Shown piece by piece: positions 48,816-62,369 of a stretch of 64,000 nucleotides of DNA. Position 1 is the first letter of the stretch; the number at the start of each line of letters is the position of its first letter. Source of the stretch: Podarcis filfolensis (Eukaryota); assembly GCA_964270895.1 (NCBI GenBank), contig OZ185440.1; one strand, written 5' to 3'. A program made the translations under genes and the position numbers. A model generated the notes under the pieces. That model did no database searches. It saw nothing but the letters and a program-made list of their open reading frames with translations, and was not told the DNA's origin.

Positions 48816-50515
48816 CTCTAAATCACACAACAAGCTGGATCCAGGTTAAGTTCGTTGCGATTCAATTCGATTGAACTCAGTATGACAAGTTGGTCATGTC
48901 TTAAGATAAACCCCATTGATTTCAATGGGAACAAAGTGCAGCAACTGGATTTCTTTCAGCCAAATGCTTCAACAAAGCATTTTGAATTGTATTAAATCAA
49001 TTTGTAGATGTTCAGACTTCAAAAGTATTAAAGTTTTCAAATCAAGGCTATTTCAAAATCCCAATGGAAAAGCAATTTGGACTTTTTCTCTGATACTTTG
49101 CCAGGCTTTGTACAATCATAGCAACAGACAAATTTGTCAGGGTGAGCAACAGTGAATGTTCTGATCTGACCACAGAATGAATCAACTTCATAAAATATCT
49201 GCAAATAACCTATTTACAATCTCTTGTATAACTGGCTGATTGGTAAGAGAGGAGTCAAATTCTGGGAAAAGGGTCGTATAGGGAACAGAAAGGGAACCTC
49301 CTTCAGGGAGTCCTAACCAGAGAGCTAAATTCCAAGATGCATCTCTTTGGTTTCTCAAAAGCCTTTGAAATAAGAGCAGGAGGTTAGCAAGTTGTGGAGG
49401 GAACTGGGAAATTCCTATGCAAATTACTGAAACCAGGAAACCAGTTACTTCCACTGTGAACTGGTCAGGGAGGACAATGCAGTGTGGAGGTTCTCTTATG
49501 TAGACAGCACCTTTCATGCGAACCATTTGTAAAGTTGCAAGCGAACTAATAGCAACAGAAGAGGGCCAATTAAGAACCAAATGAGATGGTGGTTGAAAGG
49601 GATGAAAGCAGCAAGGTGCCGAAATTCAACAACGGCTACTCCAGATGGCAGAACCTGCAGACAAGATTAATCCTTCTTAGACCTCGGCTCAGCACATTAG
49701 AAGCCCACATGCACATGCAAGTCAAGAAAGACAGCAAAAAATTAGATACTGTGCTATAATATTAGCAAGGTAATTATAAATGGGGGAAAATATCATGGCT
49801 ACATTTTAGTGTAGAGCAAAGTAGATAACAAATAAATAAAAAGGACAAACTTTCCTAGTGCCTTGCTCCAAATGAAAACTGGATGTGATCCCTGATAGTG
49901 TTGCTGTTAATTTTTTTCTAGTTCCTTGGTTATAAAGTTTGGTGGCCATCATAGAGAACACACTTATAGAGAACACACTCTCTTTGAAGTGTTGTCAGAT
50001 GAAAGGCTGCCTGTTCCAACTCTGGTTTAGAGAAAAAGAACCATACGAAGGGAGAGCTGAAGGAGATGTAACATTGCTGATTAACAGTTACCATCTGGAC
50101 ATCAGACAGGGCGGGCACGCCGGTCACTTGGCCATAGTCTTAAGAAAAAAGAGGGAGAGTTCATGGATGAGAAAATCCATGTGGGTTTACCTGCAAGTTC
50201 AATACACAGTAAGCCTGCAACTTCTGTGGGGGTTATGTTCCAGGGATCATGCCTAAAGCCAACATTGTGTATAGACAAAACACATTGGGTTCAATGGCAG
50301 GTAGGATTGCCAAAGTCATTTTTCCTGAATCCCCTCCCCTTTATTATTAAATCCTGAATCTTTGCGACATGCATAAAGCTGAACGTGTACCAGTTAAATG
50401 AACTTCTGTTTTCATGCCAACACTAAGACAACATATCTTTTTAAAAACAAAAATCAGAGCTCTGCCTACTCCTCCTGAAGAAGACGAAAACCCTTCTCCA
50501 TCAGAAAGGTCCCTG

Positions 50516-50673
50516 CAGTGGCGTAGCGTGGGGGGTGCAGGGGGGGCCGGCCGCACCGGGCGCAACATCTGGGGTTAGGGCAAATCCATGGGTTAGGGGG
50601 CGCAAATCCACGGGTTAGGGGGCGCAAATTACTTGCCTTGCCCCGGGTGCTGACAACCCACGCTACGCCACTG
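50516..50673. mobile_element. 158-bp GC-rich hAT-type MITE
   Basis: Perfect 17-bp TIR cagtggcgtagcgtggg, perfect 8-bp TSD ggtccctg. Confidence 0.95.
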
Positions 50674-51288
50674 GGTCCCTGGAATAAAGGCTTCTCTTAA
50701 TAATGATGATATGGTACTGCCTGATCTGGGATTTCTGATGACTTCCCGCATTAGCAACCTTTCCTGTTGGATTCCCTGGGTTCACATGAAGAAAGTAGTG
50801 GAGCCTTCCAAACCATTTTGGGATTTCCTATATGTGACAATGCACATTGTGATGGAAATAAACAGATTTACGAAAGATGCAGCTGGCATACCTTAGAGGT
50901 CTTGTTTGGCAGACTGCTAATGCTTTGGCAGAGAGACTTCAGCATGCCCTTGCTACTTCAGCTCCATCCTACTGCTATGATTTTATTATGCAACAAATAG
51001 TGACTAATGTAAAAGGCATGATGATCCCGAGATTTGGCATTCAAAGCAGGAAGGAAACTTTTTTTCTTTGCCCCAGGACAGCTGCACCTTATTGGAGCAT
51101 CAGTTCAGTACAAGTGGAAGCAACTAACTAAAGCTTATTTTTGCAATAACATCCCACCCCGCACTGGAATTCTTCCAACTGAGTGATAAGATTGACTGTT
51201 AATGGACATTTATATCATGCTATGTCCACCAAGCACACGCTAATCCTAAACACATGGCATTGGAAAGAGACTGGAGCACAGTACATAC

Positions 51289-51564
51289 CAGAACTGCCCC
51301 AAGACATTTTGCTGCCTGATGCAAAGGACAAGATGCTGCCTCCCTTCCATGTTCCAAAGGTGCCTGAACTGAGAGCCAGCTCAAACTTCAATGCTGGCAA
51401 CAGGATAACATCTCCCAGCACACCTGAGAGTTGATGGCTAGTTTAGGGGGTGCAGAGCACTCCTGCTTTTGCCCTCTAACATGGGGGAACAGTGCTGCTT
51501 CTGCCCCTCAGCTTCTGCTGCCTGAGGCAGTTGCCTCCTTCTGCCAACGGCTGTGCTGGCCCTG
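51289..51564. mobile_element. Non-autonomous hAT-like element (family of 8586-8844 and 18051-18690)
   Basis: Ends cagaactgcccc / tgtgctggccctg, 8-bp TSD gtacatac/gtatatat (6/8). Confidence 0.65.
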
Positions 51565-52042
51565 GTATATATGGTTTTTCTTATACAGTCTCTGCTCCAG
51601 AATCCCAGGCCTGCTTAACTTCAGAGACATAACTCACCTTCAGAAGTGCTGCTTAGGTTTAAGTGTATCTTTGGTCACATTTTATGTGCATTTATGTGAG
51701 CATGTACTTCAGGTTGGACAGACTGACTCTTGTGACTTAAAGACTTAGAAATAGGAAGGGAACTTTATCTGTTGCTTTCAGGATTTGCTAGCAGGGTTCC
51801 CATGGGCATTTGGTGGGCCACTGTGAGAACAGAGACTCAGTAGGCCCTTAGCCTGATCCCAGAAGGGCTCTTATGTTCTTATGATAACAGAATTCCACTG
51901 ATAAGAGGAAGAATGGATTCTGAATCACAGAGACTACGCTGGATGTAGGACGGTATGGGTGGTTCCTCTGCAGAGGGAGCTGAGTCGAGGGGACACATAA
52001 CACCAACACCAACACCAACACCTTTATTTATATAGGTACCTA

Positions 52043-52267
52043 AGTGGTACCTCGGGTTACATACGCTTCAGGTTACAGACTCTGCTAACCCAGAAATAGT
52101 ACCTCAGGTTAAGAACTTTGCTTCAGGATGAGAACAGAAATCGTGCTCCGGCAGCGCAGCAGCAGCAGGAGGCCCCATTAGGTAAAGTGGTGCTTCAGGT
52201 TAAGAACAGTTTCAGGTTAAGATTGGACCTCCGGTACGACTTAAGTATGTAACCAGAGGTACCACTG
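52043..52267. mobile_element. Tc1/mariner-pogo-type MITE (opposite orientation to 9267-9492)
   Basis: ta-agtggtacctcgggtta ... gaggtaccactg-ta; first TIR base missing. Confidence 0.9.
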
Positions 52268-55101
52268 TACTAAGAAGATCTATTATAAACAACTGTTCTA
52301 AAAGGAATTATTGTGAAAATAAGAAACATTTAAAGAGGGGCATCAAGTTTTGTCCTTGCTTAGGGTGCAAAGTCCACCTCAACAGAGGTGGGTGAGCCCC
52401 ACCAAACTTCCTATAACATCAGTGTCCTTCGAAAAACTGCATCTCCCAGAGGCTACTTCAGCCTAGCCTGACATGCTGCTATCCAGCATACCAGCAGTAG
52501 CAGTCAGTGGGGCAGTATTGGTGGGGCACCATTGCTGTCCCAGTTTCCCAGTGGGTCGCAGGCACCTTCCAAAAGAGGAGGTGTGAGGTGCAGGGAGTTT
52601 GACTCAGTGTGGCACAGGGCAGCAGAGCCAACCTAAAGTTTACTCTACTGCTTGCCCTATTTATTACTGAAAGCAAACCTCTTGTCTCTTAGAGCTCTTC
52701 TTCCCCCACCAAGCCAGAAATTATTTTCTGAGGCACACTTCCACACACAAGTACACACCCCCTTCAACCCTCCCCTTTGGCAACTTATTTTCCCCTTCCC
52801 CATAATCCTGGAACCGCTTACAGAAGGGGAAAGCCTTTTCTGTTTTAAAACAGAACACTTCCAGTGATGGGTCAAGTTTGTTTCTTTCCCCTTTCTCCTG
52901 TCAACACATTCTCAACCTGCCCTTTCAAGCACATCCAGCATTGTGCTTAGCAGAAAGGGGGGTGTTTATTTGATGAGAGAAATTAATTGTGTAGACAAGG
53001 AGGGAGGAGGAAGAAAAAGAAAAGTAGGAGCAGCATGCAAGGTCAAGTAGTGTGGGCAGAAAGGAAACAAGTGGTATGTTCACAACTGTACAACTGCACA
53101 AATACCATTAATAAGATACAGCTCTTTTTTTTTATTTACCATATTTTATTCTTACTATATCTCTAGTCATATGGTGTGCGTACAATATGAAAGCAAGGAA
53201 ATTAAGATTGACATTTGATCCACTATGCATTCAACCTATTGTAATTACCATGGTATTGTATTTTCCAAATATGTAGAAGTATTTGTTAAACCACAAATAT
53301 ATTTTGCTCTACTTATGTTCCATGTTTGTGATGCAGCTGCATTGATGCTCTTTTTGTGGTATTCTCTCTCTCTCTCCTCTTTCTTATTTTCTTTTTGTAA
53401 ATTTCCTCTTATAATTTTAAACTTCAATAAAAAAATTGTGAAACAAAACAATTGTGCGAAGAAGGAGAAGCATGTGTGGATCACATGTTCCTGGTAAATT
53501 GACATGATCTTATTTTTGGCTCACGTGCCTTGTGCTTTGACTTGCTCCACATGACTATAGACGAATTGGAGAGTGCCACTGGATGCTTGTAGCCAGCACT
53601 GGCCTTCGTGTTCACTGGGTTGTCCACCTACACCTGGCTCTTTGTCATTCACAGAGGAATAGGATTAAGTGGATAATTTGCAATATGAAATCCTCTTACA
53701 CATGACTTTGGGGCTCTTTGACCTGCAGCCTTTGGAACTGCACCACTCCAGCTGATGTTTGTTTTGACAGCTGTTTGGGACAGCAGGACATGTGTCAGCC
53801 ATGTGAAGCAAGCGACCTGTTAACGGATGAAAGGAATATGTCTAATATTTCTAGCTGTGCGTGTCTCAAATTCCACTTCCACCAATCCGACGGGGTGACA
53901 AACGCCAAAGGACTCCCGTCTTGGAAGTGATTTAGACAATCAAATCTGTACTCTTTCGCCTTTGGAGGGATGTTGCTTTTTAAAAAAAAAAACCGAGACA
54001 CCAGGTTTTAAAATAATTTATTTTTCTTCCTGACTGCTTCAGTTTCTTCCTCGCCTTCCATCCCCATCTCCACTCTTTCTACTGAATGGAGGAAAACCTC
54101 AAGGGTGGAGAAAGAATGTGTTTGGTCTAAAGTCAGCACTGTAGCAATACTGGGATGAATGGGGAGAGGAGCTAAACATTGCAGAAATTGACTAATGATG
54201 GCTTTCTTATCGGAGCATTGCTTTTTCCTGCTTGTGGGTGGTGAGTCCGAGGAGTGGTCACGAGTGTGCTTTTAAAAATTGCATGTAAGTTTAGTGTGGT
54301 TTTGATGCCCTGCAAAACCATGCTAAACTTATGGACTAGATTTGCCTTTCCCAGATTATAATTTTGTCACAGGGAGAATGAATATGAATGTATGGCGAGC
54401 AACTTAACTGATTCTATATGACAGCTATAAGTGTAAGCTAGGGAGCCCTTGCTTTAAGCTGCTTTCACTTCTGCGGTGTAATTAGTAGGCAGTATGAAGC
54501 AGCTCACTCTTCAGCCTGTTCTTTCAGCCTGAATCTCTCTTGTAAAATATTCAGGAAAATAATCCTGGTCTACCTTGCAGGGCATTTTGTGACTTGCTTA
54601 ATTGAATTTGAAGTGCTTTATATGCTCAAATGTATGAGACATAGACATGGGAATATATATTATCTTCTATAAAAAAAAGAATGTACTTGATTTTTGGGTT
54701 GAAAAGCTATGGGTGTCTTATACATTTTCATTTCAGCTTACATTTCCTATCAGAACTTTCCCTAGAGATTTCCCCTCCTGGATTATTTGCGGTGAGAGGT
54801 CATCTGTATCATACTCCATCTGTCTTTATATTGCTTCACATGCTTCAAAGGAAGGGCGATAGCAGGACTTCAGCTGTTTCACCAGCCTGGTATCATCATG
54901 ACCTTACGTAATTAGCTTCATCTTCTAAAGTTCCCAAATATGAGTTCAGCTTCTTACTGCTTTGACTTATCTGATATTTCTGTAAGCAAAATGTCTGGAA
55001 TGTGGCCTGGTGGTCATTCCATATGATTGACTAAGTGTAAGTGCAAGGCAATTGTGCCAGTGGTGCTGGCTGAGAAGTTCCTTGGATGAAAAGGTATACA
55101 A

Positions 55102-55266
55102 TGAACTCCCTTGGGAGGTGGTGGGCTCATTCCTTGGAGGTTTTTAAGCAAAGGTTGGATGGCCATTTGTCATGAATGATTTAGTTGAGATTCCTACATT
55201 GCAGGGGGTTGGGCTAGATGAACCTTGGGTTCCCTTCCAACTTTGCAATTTTATAATTCTATGATT
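55102..55266 (+). mobile_element. CR1 3' end
   Basis: ccttggaggtttttaagcaaaggttggatggccat...cccttccaact...attctatgattc. Confidence 0.88.
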
Positions 55267-55458
55267 CCCTCAGTCTGCATCCTCTGCATTTAGGAAATCT
55301 AGAATGTTTACCATTAAAAATGTGTTGATTCTAGAGTTGGAAAGAGACCAAGGGCTCTTATATATAACCAAATGGTTGATTCCTGCTCTGATTCAATGAC
55401 AAGTCACCAAGCAGAAATTCCAACTTGTAGAATTTAGGTGCCCCTAATTCATCCAAAA

Positions 55459-55815
55459 GGGACGCGGGTGGCACTGTGGTCTAAACCACAGAGCCTAGGA
55501 CTTGCTGATCAGAAGGTCGGCGGTTCGAATCCCCGCGACGGGGTGAGCTCCCATTGCTCGGTCCCTGCTCCTGCCAACCTAGCAGTTCAAAAACATGTCA
55601 AAGTGCAAGTAGATAAATAGGTACTGCTCTGGCAGGAAGGTAAACGGCATTTCCGTGCACTGCTCTGGTTCGCCAGAAGCAGCTTAGTCATGCTGGCCAC
55701 ATGACCCAGAAGCTGTACACCGGCTCCCTCGGCCAATAAAGCGAGATGAGCGCCGCAACCCCAGAGTCGGCCATGACTGGACCTAATGGTCAGGGGTCCC
55801 TTTACCCTTTACCTT
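55459..55815 (+). mobile_element. Sauria SINE (POM-type), full length
   Basis: gggacgcgggtggc head with B-box ggttcgaatccc. Perfect 13-bp TSD taattcatccaaa (55445-55457, 55816-55828). Confidence 0.96.
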
Positions 55816-55974
55816 TAATTCATCCAAACGGACTTAATCTACGACCCAGGAACCTTGGCATGAAAGTGACACAATAGATGTCAGTTACCTCCACCTCCCT
55901 TCTCTTGCCCTGGTAAGATTTGTGGGCCCTGGGGTAGGCAGGAAAAGGGGACAGTAGAGACCGAGGATCAGGAT

Positions 55975-56120
55975 GAAGACCCCAAATTCAGTCCCAGCAT
56001 CCACAGATAGTGCTTGGAGAGACTTCTGTTTGAAATCCTGGAGAGCTGTGGGCAATCAGTGTTGACTATACTGAGCTAGATGAATCAATGGTCTGATTTG
56101 ATATAAGGCAAGTTCTGATA
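55975..56120 (+). mobile_element. Degraded Squam3-like SINE
   Basis: gaaatcctggagagc...tactgagctagatg...atggtctga...tataaggca. Confidence 0.65.
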
Positions 56121-56346
56121 CTCCTGTTCTTCCACCCCATCCCAGGGAGGAGTTCTACAGTGGCATTTGCTTTTGGAGAGTCCCTATTTCTCAGGACACC
56201 CCCTAACAGAACAGGATTCTCCTAGGAGCTAAGGTACAACAGAAAAGTTTGAGATTCAGGAGGAAGAACCGCATGCAGATTTCCAGCTTACAGTGCAAAT
56301 CTCATGTTCAAACACAACTACAAAATACCAGACTGCTTTAACTATA

Positions 56347-56572
56347 CAGTGGTACCTCGGGTTAAGAATTTAATTCATTCTGGAGGTCCGTTCTTAACCT
56401 GAAACTGTTCTTAACCTGAAGCACCACTTTAGCTAATGGGGCCTCCCACTGCCACTGTGCTGTCGCCGCATGATTTCTATTCTCATCCTGAAGCAAAGTT
56501 CTTAACCCGAGGTACTATTTCTGGGCTAGCAGAGTCTGTAACCTGAAGTGTCTGTAACCTGAGGTACCACTG
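56347..56572. mobile_element. 226-bp Tc1/mariner-pogo-type MITE
   Basis: Same TIRs, TA flanks and length as 9267-9492. Confidence 0.93.
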
Positions 56573-57169
56573 TAGTAAAAATGGTAATTGATATAGAGAC
56601 AAAGAGCCTAAGAAAACAGGAAGTGAAAGATTTGCCATGAGTCTTCCTGTGGCTTTTAAAATGCATTCAGCTCATGGAGGCCTGATTGGATCAAGACCAT
56701 GGTGCTTGGGAGGAAGGATAGGATTATACATTGTGACAGCCACCACCAAGCCCACCCTCCCTCTCAACAAGGCTTTTCCTGTCTTTCTGCTAATATAGGA
56801 TTGGGTATCCATGGAAGGAAGAGATTCCACCCAGGTCCTCTCTCTCATCTGTGTTGCAGCATTGCAATAGGCAGAAGTGGCTATTCCTCTTCTTGTCATC
56901 AGGCAATGGCTGGGTTTTCTAGCTAGTACTTGTCCAGGTGGGCAGGTGAAACAATTCTTGGTGACAAGGAGCAGTAGTTGGTGGTTGTCTCTTGGTCCTC
57001 TCACTCTTGGTGAGTTCTAGGTAACCATCACTCCTGACAGAAGTTGGACGGATGATGATGGCAAAGAATGGCAGCACCTGACGCCAATTCTACCTATCTT
57101 CTCATTATCATTGTTTGTGAACTTATGATGCACCCCAGAACACACTCAACACATTGGAGAATAGCTTTT

Positions 57170-57290
57170 GCCACAGTGGTTCCTCCAGAAGGTTTGGACT
57201 ACAGTCCCCATGCCAGTGGTCAGGGATGATGGGACTTGTAATCCAAAACATCTGCAGAGCAACAAGTTAGGGGAAGGCTGTTGTAGAAGA
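57170..57290. mobile_element. Degraded palindromic hAT-type MITE
   Basis: ggactacagtccc...tggtcagggatgatgggacttgtaatccaaaacatctg shared with 48680-48815. Confidence 0.55.
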
Positions 57291-58650
57291 AGACCAATGA
57301 TTTCAGGCAAGTTGTCATTGAGAGACGTTTGTGTGCCATCACTGATCTAACAAGTTTCACTTTGAGACAATCTTGCAGGCATATTGAGGCAAAGCAGTTC
57401 CAGGCAGGGAAGAACAAGACACTAAGTTGCTAACTTGATGTTCAAAGCTACTTCATGATACTTCTGCTGGCCAGCAGTTTCCTCTTTCCTTAAATATAAC
57501 CCAGATGCACTTTTTCATGAGTACACTATCCTGTCTTTTAATCACTTTATTTTTATTTTGAAGGTACAATATTTTTCCATATTGTGTTAAAAAAAAACCA
57601 ACCCCAAATAAGCATGAATGAGACTGGGAAACTACGAAACGTCTCCTGTGAGAGCAGCTGGGAAAATCAGGTCCTGCATAATTTTGATCGAAGGATTGCA
57701 GAACCACAACAGGGTGTATATTATCCATATTATTGGCCTAATATTTCAAGCTGATTTTCTGCTTACAGTTCATGTCAGCACCTAAACTGTTATAGTCAAC
57801 CTCTTGAAAATGTCTCCTAGAGATAAAACACTCACACACATGCACATGTGTGTGTGCATATTATAATCCCTCTAAAGTCAACTCTTGTTCTGTAATGTGG
57901 TGATATTTACAGGGCACTGATCATTTTCAGCTGTTTTGTTTAATTCAGCTGGGTCGTTAGCAAGGCATTAACAGAGAAGATGCACTGGATTCTTCCTAAG
58001 AGGAATTTGTGTATCTTTGGAGAATTCATTCACCAACTCATCAGGCTATTGGCCATTTAGATCCTTGGAACTGTTTATGTCTGATGTACATTAAGGAGAG
58101 GGATGGCGACCCATCTCTGCATCCCTTGGCAATTGTCCAAAGAGAGGCAGATGTTATGCTATCCCAGTGTCTTCCCTAATATCTTTTCTTTATACTTGAA
58201 GGAATATATTCTTCCAACAATCTCCAGTCTGCCAATATGTGCAAAACCTATCAAATTTCACCTCTGATATAGATCTCATTTCTCAAGCTCTGAAGAGTAT
58301 GTAACCTAAGACACATGCTAGACCCATCACATGCACGGTAACTATTGCTATTTTGTTGCATATGGCAGTGTCTGTCCAAGGGCTAGATTTAAACATGAAT
58401 GGGTTGGATTTAAATCCCCTCTATGCAGTGGAATCAATGAGTTATCCTGGATTATTCAGGCTTTCTCTGGCTCAGTTTACCATTTGTAAAACCACCCCGC
58501 AATGGACTCACATGGCTACTAAGCTTTCATCAGGTATAAAAAAAAGTTCCTCACACGCTGGGAAAGTTGGGAGAAACTCCTGTTTTCCTGCTAAGCATGA
58601 ATTCCTTGCCAACAAAAAAGCACTACAATGATGTTCGGTCTTTTTAAAGT

Positions 58651-58774
58651 GTAAAGGTAAAGGGACCCCTGACCATTAAGTCCAGTTGCGAACAACTCTG
58701 GGGTTGCGGCACTGATCTCACTTTACTGGCCGAGGGAGCCAGTGTTTGTCCACAGACAGCTTCCGGGTCATGTG
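58651..58774 (-). mobile_element. Sauria SINE 3' fragment
   Basis: gtaaaggtaaagggacccctgacc...cttccgggtcatgtg. Confidence 0.88.
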
Positions 58775-58819
58775 CCACCCGAGATTCCAGGACTGTCAAA
58801 TTCTGGTTTTTTTCCTTTA

Positions 58820-59390
58820 ATTTAAAATTATTTTAAACTATTTACATACTGCTCTTCTTCTGAGTAATACCAGAGCAGTTCACAAAATGCAGTAAGATAA
58901 AATGCATATTACAGCATTAAAACCATTATAAAGCTCCACCAACTGTATCCAGCCAAGTTGGGAATTACTAGCTAGAAAAAATGCCCAGGTTAACAGGTTG
59001 GTCTTAAGCAGGTGTCTAAAACTCACCCCAGTTGCCCCTGTCTTATTTCAGAGGGAAGGCACCTTCAAATAAAACCCCCTTCAGGTTCCCACATGCCACA
59101 CCTCACCTAATAGTGCCTCTAACACAGAAGCCTCTTCCAATTATCTTAACATTAATGGGAGTAGCTTTTCCTTCAGATATTCAGGACTTGGTTGTATAAT
59201 GATTTATATGTCAGCAAGACCACCTTAAATTGGGCTGGATAACAAATTGGCAGTGAAGGCAGCTCCATCAAAACTGGCTAAATGTAGCTACAGTCATCTG
59301 CCCCACTCAGCAGACTTGCCATTGCATTCTGCACAAGCTGCAGCATCTGCACCAGCTTTAAGAGCAGCCCCACATAGAGTGCATTAGATT
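58820..59390 (-). mobile_element. Old L2 fragment
   Basis: agagcagttcaca tail, accaccttaaattgggc and ctgcagcatctgcaccagcttt (reverse of the KLQLVQNAAA-coding motif). Confidence 0.6.
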
Positions 59391-61609
59391 AGCAATGCTT
59401 CAGCAATGAAGTTAATACAAACATGTTGTTATGTATGTTCTTGGCACAGCAGCTCTAACAGCCAGGAATTCAGTTGGCAATTGATGGATCCAGAGACAAC
59501 AGTCATGTGTCTTACCATATAATCTCATACACATCTACTTAGAAGCAAGACTCATTGTGTTTAATGGAGCTTTCTCCCAGGGAATAGGATTGCATCGCTA
59601 ACCTACCCAGGACAGTTATGAATATATGCTGGAGCAGGGGCAATTAATGGCAGCTAGGCCACCTATCAAAAGCAATATACATTTGTTTCAAGTTATTTTG
59701 GGGACAACAGAAAGGAAAGAGGAAATGGTTCATTGAAAGGAGAACGCAGGAAATAAATCTCTTAATTGATGTATTTAATCAGCATTGCCATAATTTCTCT
59801 TGCAGTTCATGCAACTTCAAAATATGTGCTGGTGTTTTTGAGCAGTTTTACATGAATTTCATTGTATAATGCAATTGAGATCCTGCCAGACCTAAAATTT
59901 CCCAGCTCTTTTTCCCTCTGGAGAGAGAACCCATGTCATGATAAGACATTTCATTAACACACAAGAATACATACATGCACAGAAACTCTCTGGACTACAT
60001 GGTGACATAAACCCTAGTAAAAGTCATGCATCAATATGCAGAACATCCTCAGGAGACTTGTGAGAAACTTCCCCATTATTTTTAATCAAAGATTCTATAT
60101 TGGCAACTTAAGCACACACCAGAAAAAGTCATCAGGGACACTTTCCACACATTTGTCAGCCAACTGGGTTAAAGGAATCAATATAGCACACTGCAGCTAT
60201 GAAACACCAACTTGTTGATGTGTCAAAAGTCTTCGCATGGGAAAGGATTAGGGACTTCACAGGGAAAAAATTAGCCGGCTGGAGAACTTTAGGATTTCGA
60301 ACGATGAGTTATTTATCCTTGTGTTCCTTAATTCCTCTCCAGGGTTGATGACAGAAGGTGTCAGTGACCCACAAATACTTTCTCAAATAAAAAAAGGAAC
60401 ATTCCATGGAGAGAATAATGGAAAAGACTTAATGGTTGGAGTTCTACTGTTAAGGGTAAATGAAATCTGGCAGCCTAAGAGAACTGACAAAAGTGCCAAG
60501 TTGAAAGGTCCATTTACTTTGGAACCTCCTGCTTTCCTTGCTAAGTAGCCTTTCACAGAGGTAGTAATTTTAAAGGGATATTGTCAAAATAATAATTATG
60601 GCTTGCATTTTCAAAGGATCCCAAAGTACCTAAGTATCTTGTTCTCGCTGAAAGTCAAAGGAATGCAAAGCCTTTTTGTTTTGTTTTTGGGGTTTTTAAA
60701 AAATGATATTCTTGCCTTTGTCATTATTATGACATTAGCAAGGCTAGAAGAAAGAATGATGGTGCCATTCCATTTCTCAGCAAGGGCGCACTTACTGCTT
60801 TAAAGCCTTCTGAATACTTGAGAGGTAAGGAGGTTATTCAATTTCTTTTAACTTGATATTTCTTGCTCTTTTCTCTGCATCCCTATGGAGTTCAAATATG
60901 GAGTAGAGGGGAAATGCATTTTTTAAAAAACTGAACTGTACCACTTTAGGATGCAAGGTGGGGATTGTTGGAGTCCTGGAAGCCAGAACCCAAGTTTGGG
61001 ACAAGTACTTTTCAGTGAGAGAACCTCAACAGAGATTTAATGTGGCAAAACATGTAGCAATGAAAAGTGTGAAAACATAGGCTGCAAAACATTTAAAATG
61101 TGTTCTTTCCAATGTATTCTAAAGTATTTCACTTCCCTAGCACAGATATAGATGACACATTTGGTAAGTCATCAAATTGTTTACTTACAAAACTCTTCAA
61201 AGGTCAGATTCATGGGCTTTTCCATACAGCAGCCACAACAAGATGCACAGGCAGTAGAATATTGCTTGGTTACAAAATGGTAAAAGTTTCCAAAGCTACA
61301 AGTATACATAAACACTAGTTTCAGACTCCATTTTTGTCTGAAACAAAAGAAGCTGTTTAAAGCCGTGCAACTGGAGTGAGCAGCTCAAAGCTCTTCTCAT
61401 GTAAACAACAATAAGTACAACAAAAGGCTTTGTTGTGCATTTCCTCCCAAGGTGAGGGAAGTAACATAAGCTAAGCCTGGCAGAACAGTTTAATCTATGG
61501 CATTAACCCCTTTATGCATTCATTAGACTAAAGCATGCTGGCTATATGAGGCTAGTTGCCCTATAAGGGGTATCATAAGGCTGACTGTTTCCCATAGTGT
61601 GTATAATGT

Positions 61610-61690
61610 CAACTGGTTTGCTCAGCTGATCATCAGAGCATAGTGTTAATAACATCAAGACCATAGGTTTGAGGCCTATACTGATGATAG
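61610..61690 (+). mobile_element. Degraded tRNA-derived SINE head
   Basis: ctggtttgctcagctga...agagcatagtgttaataac..caag...aggtttgaggcc resembles decayed A/B boxes. Not a functional tRNA. Confidence 0.4.
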
Positions 61691-62369
61691 CATGTGGGTG
61701 GATTCCTGTGGACTCTCGTTTCTAGCAAGTTAAGCATATGAACCTGCAGATTAATGCATCATTAGAACTAGCAAACCTGCAATTTAAAGCAATGCCGCCG
61801 TTTCCCCATTCTGTAGCATTTGTACATGAGGCAGTGCAACCTCCTATTAGCTTTACTTTTGGGATATTTGAGGCTCTCAGATTAACCACCTGAAGACACT
61901 TGGAAACAATTCAAATAGCTTCCACAGCACCCCACTTGTTTTCACTCCCTCTGGGCATTTTCTGTGTGCTCCTTGTCTTTCTTTCTCCTAGGTTAATCAT
62001 TGCATTAAATAATACAATAATTAACCTCCAAGGTAGAAGAAGAGACAATGAACCTCCTTTGTCGCACTGATAATTTTGCATTAGCTGGGAGGAAGGAAAA
62101 AGGAAAAAGAGTTAAACCTTCCCCTTGTTTTGACTTTCTCCCAGCTTTTACAAAATTGCCTCCTTTCCCTCCAATCCCCTTCTTTCTTGTCATTATTATT
62201 TTTTTTTTTAATTGTGAGCCCACTGGAATGGGTTTTTGGGGTTTTTGTTCTGATTTTGTTCTCTCTAGTGGATATTGGGCACTTTTATTAATGATAAATG
62301 ATGATAAAGCTCAGGACGTAGAAGATCATTTCTAAGAGTTCTACTGCAAGACTTACAATCAACTCATCA

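Noticed and set aside
49188-49580. 130-aa minus-strand ORF
   Set aside because: No recognisable family or splice sites; length within chance expectation.
51600-51625. Short similarity to 5S rRNA or a 5S-derived SINE (minus strand)
   Set aside because: Only ~20 bp; cannot be supported as a feature.
53120-53460. AT-rich stretch ending aataaaaaaa, possible L1 tail
   Set aside because: No TSD and no defined boundaries.
57052-57082. ATGATGA...CTGA box C/D-like pair
   Set aside because: Far too short for a snoRNA and no terminal stem.
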